Assembly (NCBI GenBank): GCA_036380095.1 | Contig: DASVFK010000250.1 | Location: 24,125 to 88,124, forward strand | Reading direction: 5' to 3' | Source: Candidatus Angelobacter sp. | GTDB taxonomy: Bacteria; Acidobacteriota; Terriglobia; Terriglobales; Acidobacteriaceae | Length of the DNA stretch: 64,000 nucleotides | Shown: piece by piece, positions 25,009 to 34,295 of the stretch | Position numbering within the stretch: the stretch's first letter is position 1 | Layout of the letters: each line of letters starts with the position of its first letter | Program-made: the position numbers and the translations under genes | Notes under the pieces: generated by a model | Seen by the model: only the letters and a program-made list of their open reading frames with translations | Told to the model about the DNA's origin: nothing | Database searches by the model: none

Positions 25009-26343
25009 ATGGCTAAAGGACGGATTACCGGTCGAACACTCTGCTTGTTCCTGCTTTTGCTGGGACTTCCCCTGATGGCCGAGGACAAGTATGTCCTGGT
25101 TACGTCGCCATCCAAGGTACAGGACGTTTGCAGCCGTCACGGGTTGCAGCCGGTTTCCCAGCTTTCCAGCAGTTCATCAGCAGGTGTTTTTCTTGTTTCC
25201 ACGGCATCGATTGATCCCACTCTCGCCACAGATTCTGATGTACAGAGCTTTGAGCTTAATCGAACAGTGGGCGTGCCGGAGCTTTCCGGGCTTACCGTCT
25301 CCAGCCTGACGCAGTCCATTTCGCCCATTCTGGGCCAGTTGCCAGGGCGGCAAGCGGTGTCCTACTTCGGGGCATCCGTCGCCAACTATTACGTAACGCA
25401 GCCTGCGAGTTCCATCACACGATTGGCAGATGCCCAATCCGCATCCAGCCTTATCGGTACGGGAATTACGGTAGCCATAGTCGATACAGGCGTGGACCTT
25501 GATCATCCTGCATTGCAGGGCGTGCTGGTGAGTGGTTACGACTTTGTGAAGAACGGCGCGCTGGTATCTGAGGTAGCGGACCTGGGCCCGAACGCGGCCG
25601 GCTTGACCCAGTCGATCAGTCCCATCCTGGGCGGGGTCAATGTGGTGCAATTGAATGCATCCACGGCGGCGATCCTGAGCCAGGCGGCGGAAGACGCGCT
25701 GGGTACTCCGCCTGCGGCCTTCGGCCACGGTACCATGACGGCCGGCGTGGTGCACCTGATAGCTCCGGGCTCGAAGATCATGCCGCTCAAGGCATTTGCC
25801 GCTGACGGCAGCTCTGACCTGTTCAACATCCTGCGCGCGATCTATTACGCCGTGGACCATGGCGCCACCGTGATCAGCATGAGCTTTGAGATTTCCCAGA
25901 GCTCTCCGGCGCTGCAGAATGCGATCCAGTATGCGCTGAGCAAGAACGTTGTCCTGGTGGCGGCCTCCGGTAATGACGCCCAGCAGATCATGGTCTATCC
26001 CGCTGGATACAACAACGTAATCGGCGTGGGATCAACCAGTAACACCGATGGTAAGAGTGACTTTACCAATTTCGGAACCAATGCCACTTTTGTGGCGGCT
26101 CCAGGCGAAGGCGTGATTACCACTTATCCCGGAGGCAACTATGCCGCCGGCTGGGGAACTTCATTCAGCACTCCGCTGGTGGCCGGTGAAGCTGCGTTGA
26201 TCTTGCAAGCAAGACCTGCCTACCATCCTGGGGACGTTGCCAATGCGGTTTCCAGGGGTGTCCAGGTGCAGCAGATGGGTCACGGACGCGTAGATATTTG
26301 CCAGGCGATCTCGAGCCTGGGGAACGGCCTTAAATGCCAGTAA
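25009..26343 (+). CDS. secreted S8 family serine peptidase (subtilase), paralog of 23225..24637
   Basis: Signal peptide. Catalytic contexts VAIVDTGVD, GHGTMTAG, ASGNDA and GTSFSTPLVAG. Two QSISPILG motifs: one in the propeptide region and one between Asp and His. Confidence 0.9.
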   Translation: MAKGRITGRTLCLFLLLLGLPLMAEDKYVLVTSPSKVQDVCSRHGLQPVSQLSSSSSAGVFLVSTASIDPTLATDSDVQSFELNRTVGVPELSGLTVSSLTQSISPILGQLPGRQAVSYFGASVANYYVTQPASSITRLADAQSASSLIGTGITVAIVDTGVDLDHPALQGVLVSGYDFVKNGALVSEVADLGPNAAGLTQSISPILGGVNVVQLNASTAAILSQAAEDALGTPPAAFGHGTMTAGVVHLIAPGSKIMPLKAFAADGSSDLFNILRAIYYAVDHGATVISMSFEISQSSPALQNAIQYALSKNVVLVAASGNDAQQIMVYPAGYNNVIGVGSTSNTDGKSDFTNFGTNATFVAAPGEGVITTYPGGNYAAGWGTSFSTPLVAGEAALILQARPAYHPGDVANAVSRGVQVQQMGHGRVDICQAISSLGNGLKCQ

Positions 26344-26368
26344 AACTCAACGGATGAGCATGGCATAA

Positions 26369-26402
26369 CCAAAGCCCTGCCAAAAGGCAGGGCTTTGGTT
26401 TT
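26369..26402. terminator. rho-independent terminator between convergent genes (CCAAAGCCCTGCC-AAAA-GGCAGGGCTTTGG-TTTT)
   Basis: Perfect 13-bp stem with a T-run on the plus strand, located between the S8 gene (+) and the M28 gene (-). Confidence 0.8.
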
Positions 26403-26416
26403 GAGCTTTCAGTCCC

Positions 26417-28030
26417 TCAGAACAACCCCGCGCCCATTTGCGCATAGCGGCGGAAGAAACTGTCGCTCTTCCATTGTGGACGCTTGTCGTCATTAGCCAC
26501 CCGCAGCATCAGGGAGCGCACAATCTCTTCATAGCCGGCCGCCGAGGACAGGTCCACCGGCTGGTCAAGATCGTCAGAAGGCGCGTGGTAGCGCTGTGTC
26601 AGCCAGTTCTTGAACAGTTGCTGTTCCGGCGAGCCTTTCTCAAAGCCCACGCCCATGGCCAGCGCGGGAATGCCCTGGCGGATAAAGTTGTATTGATCGC
26701 TGCGAATGAAGGCGTTGCGCTGCGGTTCGGGATCGGGTTGCACTTGCACACCCAGGGCCTTGGCGCTCTCTTGCGCCGCATCGCCCAGGTCGGATTCAGC
26801 AAGTCCGTACACCGTGAGGACCTTCAACGGCACGATCGGCAGAAACATATCGATATTGATGTTGGCCACCATGGAGCCGGGCTTTACCGTGGGATGAGCG
26901 TTGAAGTAGCGCGAGCCCAGCAGCCCTTTCTCTTCGCCGGTAACAAAGAGGAACAGCACGGACCGCCGGGGACGCGTTCCGGACTTGCGCAGGCACTCCG
27001 CCAGGTCGAGCAGGAGCGCGCTCCCGGAAGCGTTGTCCATGGCGCCGTTGTAAATGCGGTCGCCGTTAATGGGCTCGCCGATCCCGATGTGGTCGATGTG
27101 CGCCGAGACCACCACGTATTCGTCTTTCAGTTTCGGGTCAGCGCCGGCGAGCTTGGCCACCACGTTGGCCGATTCCAACTGCTTCTTGTTCACGGTTGCG
27201 CGTACCCGGATGCTCAGGCCCAGGGGAAAGCGGGGAAGCGCCTTGCGCTCTCTTGCCAGGTCAAGAATGCCCTGCAGTTTGTGCCCGGAATTCTCAAACA
27301 GTTTGTCAGCCCGCTCCGGATTGAAGATGACGGCCAGTTGTTGTCCCGCGGTTTCATCGAATTCTTTTCCGCTCAGCGCCATGCTGGGGTGGGCCCGATT
27401 GGCCGCGATCCGGCTCCAGGGAATGTCCATGGAGGCGGGATTCAGGACCGTGATTACGCCCACCGCGCCCGCTTTCTTCAGCGCTTTCCAGCGCTCGGCT
27501 TGCGACGAGTAGTGCGAGGCCAAGGCGCCAGGCAGCTCAGCGGGAGATCCTGCCATCATCACCGCGACCTTGCCCTTAAGGTCCTGCCCGGCCAGGTCGT
27601 CATAGCCCTTTTCCGGGACTGAGAGCCCATAGCCCACAAACACCAGGGATGCCTGCAGCGAAGGCGCAAGATCAACGCGAGTGGAGAAGATGGCGTCCTC
27701 GCCCAGCGTCAGCGGCTCCACCAGGTTCTTGTTGATCAGGGCCAGGCTGGACGTTGCCTCCACAATCTGCCGCGACTCGAACTGTACTGGCTGGTAAAAA
27801 CCATTGGCGCCGGCCGGCTCCAGTTCGCTCATCTTCAGTTGGTCCACCAGATAGGCTTCCGCGCGGCGAAGTCCAGCGCTGCCGGTTTCGCGGCCTTCCA
27901 TGTCGTCCGCCGCCAGCACCTTCACATAACCCCACCAACTGTTGCCGTCAAAATGTTTTTCTGCCTGCTGGGAAAGCGAGGGCAAGACGAGGATTCCACT
28001 TGCGGCCAGACACAGCAACATTCTTCTCAT
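26417..28030 (-). CDS. secreted M28 family metallopeptidase with PA (protease-associated) domain
   Basis: Signal peptide MRRMLLCLAASGILVLPSLSQQ. PA-like GKVAVMMAG. M28 zinc-ligand contexts SAHIDHIG, NGAMDNASGSA and FVTGEEKGLLGS. Confidence 0.85.
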   Translation of the reverse strand: MRRMLLCLAASGILVLPSLSQQAEKHFDGNSWWGYVKVLAADDMEGRETGSAGLRRAEAYLVDQLKMSELEPAGANGFYQPVQFESRQIVEATSSLALINKNLVEPLTLGEDAIFSTRVDLAPSLQASLVFVGYGLSVPEKGYDDLAGQDLKGKVAVMMAGSPAELPGALASHYSSQAERWKALKKAGAVGVITVLNPASMDIPWSRIAANRAHPSMALSGKEFDETAGQQLAVIFNPERADKLFENSGHKLQGILDLARERKALPRFPLGLSIRVRATVNKKQLESANVVAKLAGADPKLKDEYVVVSAHIDHIGIGEPINGDRIYNGAMDNASGSALLLDLAECLRKSGTRPRRSVLFLFVTGEEKGLLGSRYFNAHPTVKPGSMVANINIDMFLPIVPLKVLTVYGLAESDLGDAAQESAKALGVQVQPDPEPQRNAFIRSDQYNFIRQGIPALAMGVGFEKGSPEQQLFKNWLTQRYHAPSDDLDQPVDLSSAAGYEEIVRSLMLRVANDDKRPQWKSDSFFRRYAQMGAGLF

Positions 28031-28226
28031 GAAAACAGGGAGCCTCCAGGGTGGGATTAAGAGAGCATATCAGCAATCTAGGCCGTCAGGAGGCTCTCTC
28101 AGGCGAACTCCGGAGCCGTTCTAAGCGGAACCGCTGACTCGACGTTGGGAGAGACGCCCACGGGCGGAATGCTGGGACGTGCCGTTCGTGAAGCCATGAT
28201 TGCCCCGGTTTTGCTCATGCACTCGC

Positions 28227-29279
28227 TTACCTTTTCTTGCCCTCCCGCTGCTGCTTTTCATAAGCGCGAAAGAGTTGTTTGAGCTTGCGCTTGTGCAGCG
28301 ACGCCGCCAGTGGGTCGCTTTCGCGCTCCAGGCGCTCCTGCTCGCGGCGCAGGCGATGGAGGCTTTCCAGCCTGCCGGCATCGATCTCTCCGGTTTCCAC
28401 TCCGGCCGCCACGGCGCATCCCGGCTCGCCCTGGTGCCGGCAATCACGGAAGCGGCAGTGGACGGCCAGTTCCGAGATTTCCGCAAACGTCTGCTGTACT
28501 GCCGCCTCCCCGGCCCAAAGCTGCACCTCACGCAGTCCCGGTGTATCGATCAGCAGCACGCCGGAGGATAGACGCAGTAAACGACGGTCGGTCGTGGCGT
28601 GCCTGCCCTTGCCGTCGCCCTCGCGGATGTCGCGGGTCGCGCGCAGATCGCTGCCGCCCAGCGCATTGGTCAAGGTGGATTTGCCCACGCCGGAGGAGCC
28701 GAGCAGGACCACGGTTTCGCCGGCAGCCAGCAGCGAGCACAGCTCTCGCAAGCCTTGGCCGGTCTTGTTGCTGATGCAGAGAACAGGGAAGCCCAAGGCG
28801 CATTGCTCGGCCTCGCCCACGAAGGGCGCGGTGTCCTCCACGAGATCGCTCTTGGTAAGGACGATGACCGGCGTGGCGCCGCTCTCCCATACAAGGGTCA
28901 GGTATCGCTCCAGCCGGCGCACACTGAAGTCTTGATTCATTGACGTGACCAAGACCACGCGGTCCACATTGGCAGCCAGTATTTGCGCCGACTGCTGACG
29001 TCCGGCATGCTTGCGCGCAATGGCGGTGCGCCGCTCAAGAATGCTTTCCACCACGTAGCGGCTGTCGCCCGTGGCTTCCGCCAGCACCCAGTCGCCGACC
29101 GCTGGTGGAAAGCAAGGATGGGTGCGCAACCGTCCTCGAGGCATCGCGAAGACTTCGCGGTCGCCGTCGTGGACCAGGAAAAGATCGGCGCCCTCGGAGA
29201 CAACGCGGCAAGGGCGTAAGTGCGTACCTTGGAGTTGAGCCTGGAAGAAGGCGCTCCAGCCTATCGACTGCAATGTCAT
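28227..29279 (-). CDS. rsgA: ribosome small-subunit-dependent GTPase A
   Basis: Circularly permuted GTPase motifs (LTKSDL, LLGSSGVGKSTLTNAL, IDTPGLRE) and a C-terminal zinc knuckle CRFRDCRHQGEPGCAV. ATG 29279 follows GAGG; the track start GTG 29288 is the alternative. Confidence 0.9.
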   Translation of the reverse strand: MTLQSIGWSAFFQAQLQGTHLRPCRVVSEGADLFLVHDGDREVFAMPRGRLRTHPCFPPAVGDWVLAEATGDSRYVVESILERRTAIARKHAGRQQSAQILAANVDRVVLVTSMNQDFSVRRLERYLTLVWESGATPVIVLTKSDLVEDTAPFVGEAEQCALGFPVLCISNKTGQGLRELCSLLAAGETVVLLGSSGVGKSTLTNALGGSDLRATRDIREGDGKGRHATTDRRLLRLSSGVLLIDTPGLREVQLWAGEAAVQQTFAEISELAVHCRFRDCRHQGEPGCAVAAGVETGEIDAGRLESLHRLRREQERLERESDPLAASLHKRKLKQLFRAYEKQQREGKKR

Positions 29280-29496
29280 GTGAGCCACCTCAGGGAGCTT
29301 TCGTGTTGGGTTACACGTATCGCGACGAGGCCGCGAACCATGCGGCGCGTGCCGCGGGGGCTTCTAGAAGGTGAAGCGCGAGATGGCGGTCATAGGCAGC
29401 TCCAATGTCGCCGGGTACGCTGTCAAGAATAGGAAGATGGGCCGCTCGAAGTCAAGGGCGCAAATGCCCACTTACCGGCCCAACCGCGTTTGCGGC

Positions 29497-31200
29497 TTAT
29501 ACTCCGGCGCTCTGGTCGGCGGCCTGGAGCGTTTGCGAGACGGTCTTGGCGTAATCTTTCAGGCGGTCAAGTGAGGTTTGCAACGCAGCTGCTTTGTCAT
29601 GCAGCCCGCGGGCGCGGGCAATGGCCATGACGGCTCCGGCTTCCATGTTCAACCGCTCCAGGGCGCTGAGCAGGTAGCCCAGAGCATCAGCGTGCGGCTT
29701 CCACAAGTAGGCCGAATTGGCTTTCTGATTGTACTCATCCACTTCCACGATCATCCGTGAAAGATAAGCCACAATCGTCATGGTCAGGGCGGCGTAATCG
29801 GCGCGAAAGCTTTTTTCGCCCTGGTAGTCGGCTTTGTAGGCCTCCACTTCAGTGGGAGAGAGCGTGATCCTGGTTTTTTTCACCGGCACCACATGGGCCA
29901 GCTTGGGATCGGCAGAGCGCACATGTTCCTTGATGGATTCACGGGCACTGTGGATCTTGCCCTCCTGCACCGCATTCTGCACTGCCTGTGACGGCGGGAC
30001 GGCAAGCACCTCTGCTTTGATCGTCTGCGGCGATACCGCTGCGGGCCGCGCTGCAACTGGAGCGCTGCTTGCCGCGGGAGCAGCAGGGGCCGGCGCCGCT
30101 TGCGGTGGAGCGGGAGCAGGCGTGGCGCCTTCAGGAGCCGTCGGAATCGCGGGGCGAGGACCAGCCGGCGGAGCTGTCCCGGTGGTGCGCGACGGGCGCT
30201 TGTTGTCCACCGCCTTCTTAAACTTTGAGACTTTGCGGAACTCGTCCTGGGCGTACTGATAATCTTCCGCCAGGATTTCGTCGGTAGCCACTTCCGTGAG
30301 CTGCTTGACGGTGATATCGCCCTCCACGCGAGAGAGGATGCTGCCGCCTTCACGCTGCACGTTCTCAGCGAACGTCTTGATCTGTTTGGCGGCGTCGTGG
30401 AAGAGATCGTCAAATTTCCGCCCGAACATGTCATTCCATACGGCCACGTGCGAAAGCCCGTTGGGATGATAGAACGACCTGCCCAGTGATTGTTTCAACT
30501 CGCGCACGCGCTGCACGATGTTGGAGTCCATGATCTGATCGAAATGTCGGAATTCCTCCAGCTCTTGATAGAGGTATTCAAATTCTGAGAGGAGCTGCAT
30601 GTGCTCCTGCGGCATCTCGCCATACTCCAGGTCGGCCAGGGCGCGGTAAAGGGTACCCTGGAAGCCCAGCGCTGCCTGGGAAACAAAGAAGTACGAGCTG
30701 TCCACCTCGGGACGCTGCCAGGCGGAAGGGCCATTGTCGCTCACGGGCGGATTGCGGAACATGAACGTGATCACGCAATCCATCTTGTCGCGGTCGCCGG
30801 AGCGTAGGGAAGCCTTGTCGGTGTAGTAGCGCAGCAGGGCGTGCGCCAGGTCGAATCCCTGGGTTGCTTTGAGGGTGTCGCGCACCACCGGCGGCGTCAT
30901 GGCCAGGTCCAGCACGTCCAGCCAATTCTTGAGAGCGTCAATGGTCTGGGTGATGTTTTCCGGCTGCGCCGCCTTGTCTGCTGCAGCGGGCACGGGCACG
31001 GCATGGCCGAGACTCTTTTCCAAGAGGCTGACGTAAAAGCTGTTGACCGCAGTGAGGTCTTGTAGCTCCCTTTGGGAGTCAGATCGCACAGTTAACTCCT
31101 GGCAATAGTTCCGCCCGGGGGGTTGAGAGCCGGAATTTTCGGGTAGTGTAAACCAGCTTCTCCTCAGAGACAAACGCAAATGAGGTACCAGGGAAGACAC
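29497..31200 (-). CDS. hypothetical protein with central Pro/Ala-rich linker
   Basis: Long ORF with coding-like composition and helical N- and C-terminal regions. Central segment TGTAPPAGPRPAIPTAPEGATPAPAPPQAAPAPAAPAASSAP. No family recognised; start codon uncertain. Confidence 0.5.
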   Translation of the reverse strand: MSSLVPHLRLSLRRSWFTLPENSGSQPPGRNYCQELTVRSDSQRELQDLTAVNSFYVSLLEKSLGHAVPVPAAADKAAQPENITQTIDALKNWLDVLDLAMTPPVVRDTLKATQGFDLAHALLRYYTDKASLRSGDRDKMDCVITFMFRNPPVSDNGPSAWQRPEVDSSYFFVSQAALGFQGTLYRALADLEYGEMPQEHMQLLSEFEYLYQELEEFRHFDQIMDSNIVQRVRELKQSLGRSFYHPNGLSHVAVWNDMFGRKFDDLFHDAAKQIKTFAENVQREGGSILSRVEGDITVKQLTEVATDEILAEDYQYAQDEFRKVSKFKKAVDNKRPSRTTGTAPPAGPRPAIPTAPEGATPAPAPPQAAPAPAAPAASSAPVAARPAAVSPQTIKAEVLAVPPSQAVQNAVQEGKIHSARESIKEHVRSADPKLAHVVPVKKTRITLSPTEVEAYKADYQGEKSFRADYAALTMTIVAYLSRMIVEVDEYNQKANSAYLWKPHADALGYLLSALERLNMEAGAVMAIARARGLHDKAAALQTSLDRLKDYAKTVSQTLQAADQSAGV

Positions 31201-31270
31201 TCCCTGGCAAAACCCGGCAATTTCGGCTATTTTACCCTATTGAAGCCAAAGTTACGGAAGGTCAAGGGCC

Positions 31271-32449
31271 TTATTTTCCGCTCAACAGCAGCTTGGCGAT
31301 GGTCTGCAGCTGCATATTGGAGGTTCCCTCGTAGATCTTGCCGATCTTGGCGTCGCGGAAATATTTTTCGGCTGGGCAGTCCTTGGTGAAGCCGTAGCCG
31401 CCGAAAATCTCCAGCGAAAGCGAAGCCACGCGCTCCGCCACCTGCGACGCAAACAGTTTGGTCATGGCGGCTTCCTTCACAAAGTTCATGCCTGTGTCTT
31501 TCATGCGCGCCGTGTTATAGACCATCAGGCGAGCCGCCTCGATTTCCGTGGCCATTTGCGCCAGTTGGAATTGAATGCCCTGGAACTCCGCGATCGGTTT
31601 GCCGAACTGCGTGCGCTCTTGCGCGTACTTCGCCGCGCTCTCCCACGCGCCGCGCGCCAGGCCCAGCATCTGCGCTCCGATTCCGATGCGGCCTTCGTTG
31701 AGCGTCTCAATCGCGATCTTGTAGCCCTTGCCGGCTTCGCCCAGGACGTTCTCTTTGGGAACGCGGCAATCTTCCAGAATCAGCTCGCAAGTGGAGGACG
31801 CACGAATACCCAGCTTGTCTTCCTTCTTGCCCACGCTGAAGCCAGGGAAACTTTTCTCTACGATGAACGCGGTGATGCCCTTGTATCCCGCAGCAGGATC
31901 GATGGTGGCAAACAGGATGAAAACGCCCGACTCCTTCGCGTTGGTGATCCAAAGCTTGCGGCCGTTCAGGATGTATTCGTTGCCTTTTAGCTGGGCGCGC
32001 GCCTGCATGGCAAAGGCGTCTGACCCGGAGCCGGCTTCGCTGAGCGCGTAGGCGCCCACGGTGTCGCGCGCCATGCGCGGCAGGTAGCGCTTCTTCTGCT
32101 CGTCCGTGGTCCAGCGCATGAGCGCGTTGTTGACCAGCGTATTCTGCACGTCCACAATCACCCCGGCCGAGGGGTCCACGCGGGAAAGCTCTTCCACTGC
32201 CAGGATCGCGTCAAAGAACTTGCCTCCGGCGCCGCCGTATGCTTCAGGGATTTCAATGCCCATCAAACCAAGCTGGAAGAACTGGTCAAGTAGTGTACGG
32301 TCGAAAACGCCATGCTCGTCCATCTCGCGCACCTTGGGACGAAGAGCATCATCGGCGAACTGGCGCACGCTTTCCCGGAACAACTGCTCGTCTTCACGCA
32401 ACGCCGCCAGAGGTTGCGGCGCAAGGTCTTGGGCAATGGTTTGGGACAT
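31271..32449 (-). CDS. acyl-CoA dehydrogenase (short/branched-chain type)
   Basis: Motifs GAYALSEAGSGSDAF and EIFGGYGFTKDCPAEKYFRDAKIGKIYEGTSNMQ. ATG 32449 (MSQTIAQDL...) is chosen because the upstream 68 codons of the track ORF have no ACAD-like sequence. Confidence 0.9.
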   Translation of the reverse strand: MSQTIAQDLAPQPLAALREDEQLFRESVRQFADDALRPKVREMDEHGVFDRTLLDQFFQLGLMGIEIPEAYGGAGGKFFDAILAVEELSRVDPSAGVIVDVQNTLVNNALMRWTTDEQKKRYLPRMARDTVGAYALSEAGSGSDAFAMQARAQLKGNEYILNGRKLWITNAKESGVFILFATIDPAAGYKGITAFIVEKSFPGFSVGKKEDKLGIRASSTCELILEDCRVPKENVLGEAGKGYKIAIETLNEGRIGIGAQMLGLARGAWESAAKYAQERTQFGKPIAEFQGIQFQLAQMATEIEAARLMVYNTARMKDTGMNFVKEAAMTKLFASQVAERVASLSLEIFGGYGFTKDCPAEKYFRDAKIGKIYEGTSNMQLQTIAKLLLSGK

Positions 32450-32729
32450 TACAAGATCCCTTGGAAGTAAAGATGGCAAACAAAAAATTGTATCACCCGG
32501 CAGTGTGTCAGTTTGAAAAACTGACGCACTGCCAGTATCAGCGTCTAGCGTTTCGGCACGCCGGGACGCGGGCCCAAGCCCAGGACTTTTAGTCCTGGGT
32601 GAGCGAAGCGAATAGCAGACGTCATCGCCGCAGCGATGAACCGCGGTGAGCAAACTGAGCCACGACCCGATCCCGGTGCGGCGCAGTGGACTTGACGCAC
32701 CTGTCTGCGGGAATTTTTAATGCTTGTCT

Positions 32730-33611
32730 ATGCGCGTAGCCTTCTTAGGTTTGGGAATCATGGGACGGCCGATGGCCGCCAACCTCGTCAAAGCCGGACA
32801 TGAGGTCACAGTCTGGAACCGCACCCCGAAAGAAGTCCCTGGGGCCGTCACCGCCACCACTGCCGCTGAGGCAGTCAAGGACAAAGAGGCTGTCTGGATT
32901 TGCGTATCAGACACCAAGGCCGTTCAAACCGTACTCTGGGGCGCTCAGGGTGCTCATGAAGGACTGAGTAGCGGCACGGTGGTAGTGGACTCCAGCACCA
33001 TCTCGCCTTCCGCCAGCCTGCAGTTCATGCAAGGCCTGCAAGAGGCGAAGGGCTGCGAATTCCTGGATGCGCCCGTGACCGGCTCCAAGATCGCCGCGGA
33101 AAGCGGCCAGTTGATCTTCATGGTGGGCGGAAATCCGGCCAACATCGAGCGCACGGAGCCGCTGTTTCGCGCCATGGGGAAAAAGGTGATCCACATGGGT
33201 GACAACGGCAAGGGCCTGGCCGCCAAGCTGGCCCAGAACATGAACATCGTTTTCATTTATGAAGGACTGTGCGAGAGCCTTACCCTGGCCCGCAAACTGG
33301 GCGTTCCCGTGGAAAAAATGTTCGAACTGATTGAGGCTTCCATGATCCGCTCCGGCGTGGCCGAGTACAAGAAGCCGTTCATCCTGGCCCAGGATTACAC
33401 GCCCAACTTTCCGCTCAAGCTCATGCACAAAGACATGCACCTGATGATGGATGCGGCGAAGGAAAACGACGTGAAGCTTCCCGGACTCACCAAGATTGAC
33501 GAAATCTACGAGGAAGCCAGCCGCGCGGGATTTGACGATCTGGATTACGCCGCCACCATCACGTTGCTGGAAGAAATGGCCGGCTTACGCCAAAAATCAA
33601 AGCCTTCGTAA
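32730..33611 (+). CDS. NAD(P)-dependent beta-hydroxyacid dehydrogenase (3-hydroxyisobutyrate dehydrogenase family)
   Basis: Rossmann motif MRVAFLGLGIMGRPMAANL, plus LDAPVTGS and the catalytic Lys region GKGLAAKLAQN. Confidence 0.85.
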   Translation: MRVAFLGLGIMGRPMAANLVKAGHEVTVWNRTPKEVPGAVTATTAAEAVKDKEAVWICVSDTKAVQTVLWGAQGAHEGLSSGTVVVDSSTISPSASLQFMQGLQEAKGCEFLDAPVTGSKIAAESGQLIFMVGGNPANIERTEPLFRAMGKKVIHMGDNGKGLAAKLAQNMNIVFIYEGLCESLTLARKLGVPVEKMFELIEASMIRSGVAEYKKPFILAQDYTPNFPLKLMHKDMHLMMDAAKENDVKLPGLTKIDEIYEEASRAGFDDLDYAATITLLEEMAGLRQKSKPS

Positions 33612-33708
33612 GTTCGAGCGGACCAAATCTCCTTCCGCGCCCAAGCCGCGCAAAATGCTGCAGCGATCTCTCGCTTACTCTTAAACACACAAGCTATAAC
33701 ATCGTACT

Positions 33709-33746
33709 GCGACTAAGACAAACGCTCTTAGTCGCCGCATTTTTTG
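33709..33746 (+). terminator. rho-independent terminator (GCGACTAAG-loop-CTTAGTCGC ... TTTTTT)
   Basis: Perfect 9-bp stem followed, after CGCA, by T6. Lies about 100 nt after the dehydrogenase stop. Confidence 0.65.
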
Positions 33747-33780
33747 CAGCCTTTGTTATGTTCGCGATACACGAGAGATC

Positions 33781-33825
33781 GTGATTAAAGAATTTAATGT
33801 GTGCAAGGCATATCACAGAGGTGAT
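33781..33825 (+). promoter_or_regulatory. GTGAT-N26-ATCAC-N4-GTGAT element upstream of large paralog 1
   Basis: The same GTGAT-N26-ATCAC spacing and the inner AATTAATGTG-like core (here AATTTAATGTG) recur at 37735..37770 and 43360..43395. Confidence 0.45.
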
Positions 33826-34295
33826 GTGACCGGCACTTCATATACGAAAGCAATAATCAGGATGCGAGTGCGGTGCCGCGCACTTTCAATCTTCAATCTC
33901 AACTGAGGTTGGTGGCGGTTGCGTAACTCGCAGATTCCTTCACCAGCCCTGAACCCGGGTGCGATACAGATGTAGGTTGCACGTATCGGCGGCACACCCG
34001 GCCCGCGGCAGTCCACGGAACAGAGAGCGCTTTCGGACCCAGCTTGGCGATTCGCCAGGCATATACACCTCTTTGTCCCAAAACTGCCACGAACTTCGCA
34101 GCCCAGGCCCTTAGTCGACCGAACCCAGGATTTTCCAGATTCAGGACTTTGTCCACGACCTGCTTTGTTCAGACGAGCAAATGTGCGCGTGATTGACGTG
34201 AAGAGAAATACGGATGAGAGAGATTGCGGGCCCGGGAACCCGGAATCTCAAACGCGACATTCTCGAATCTTGCAAAAAGGACGGAAACTTTCGAA

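Noticed and set aside
19539-26343. CHAT + subtilase cluster as a gasdermin-type or other anti-phage defence operon
   Set aside because: There is no gasdermin-like, nuclease, NTPase or other effector-type ORF nearby. The cluster is instead linked to an ECF sigma factor and an ABC importer, which points to regulation rather than abortive infection.
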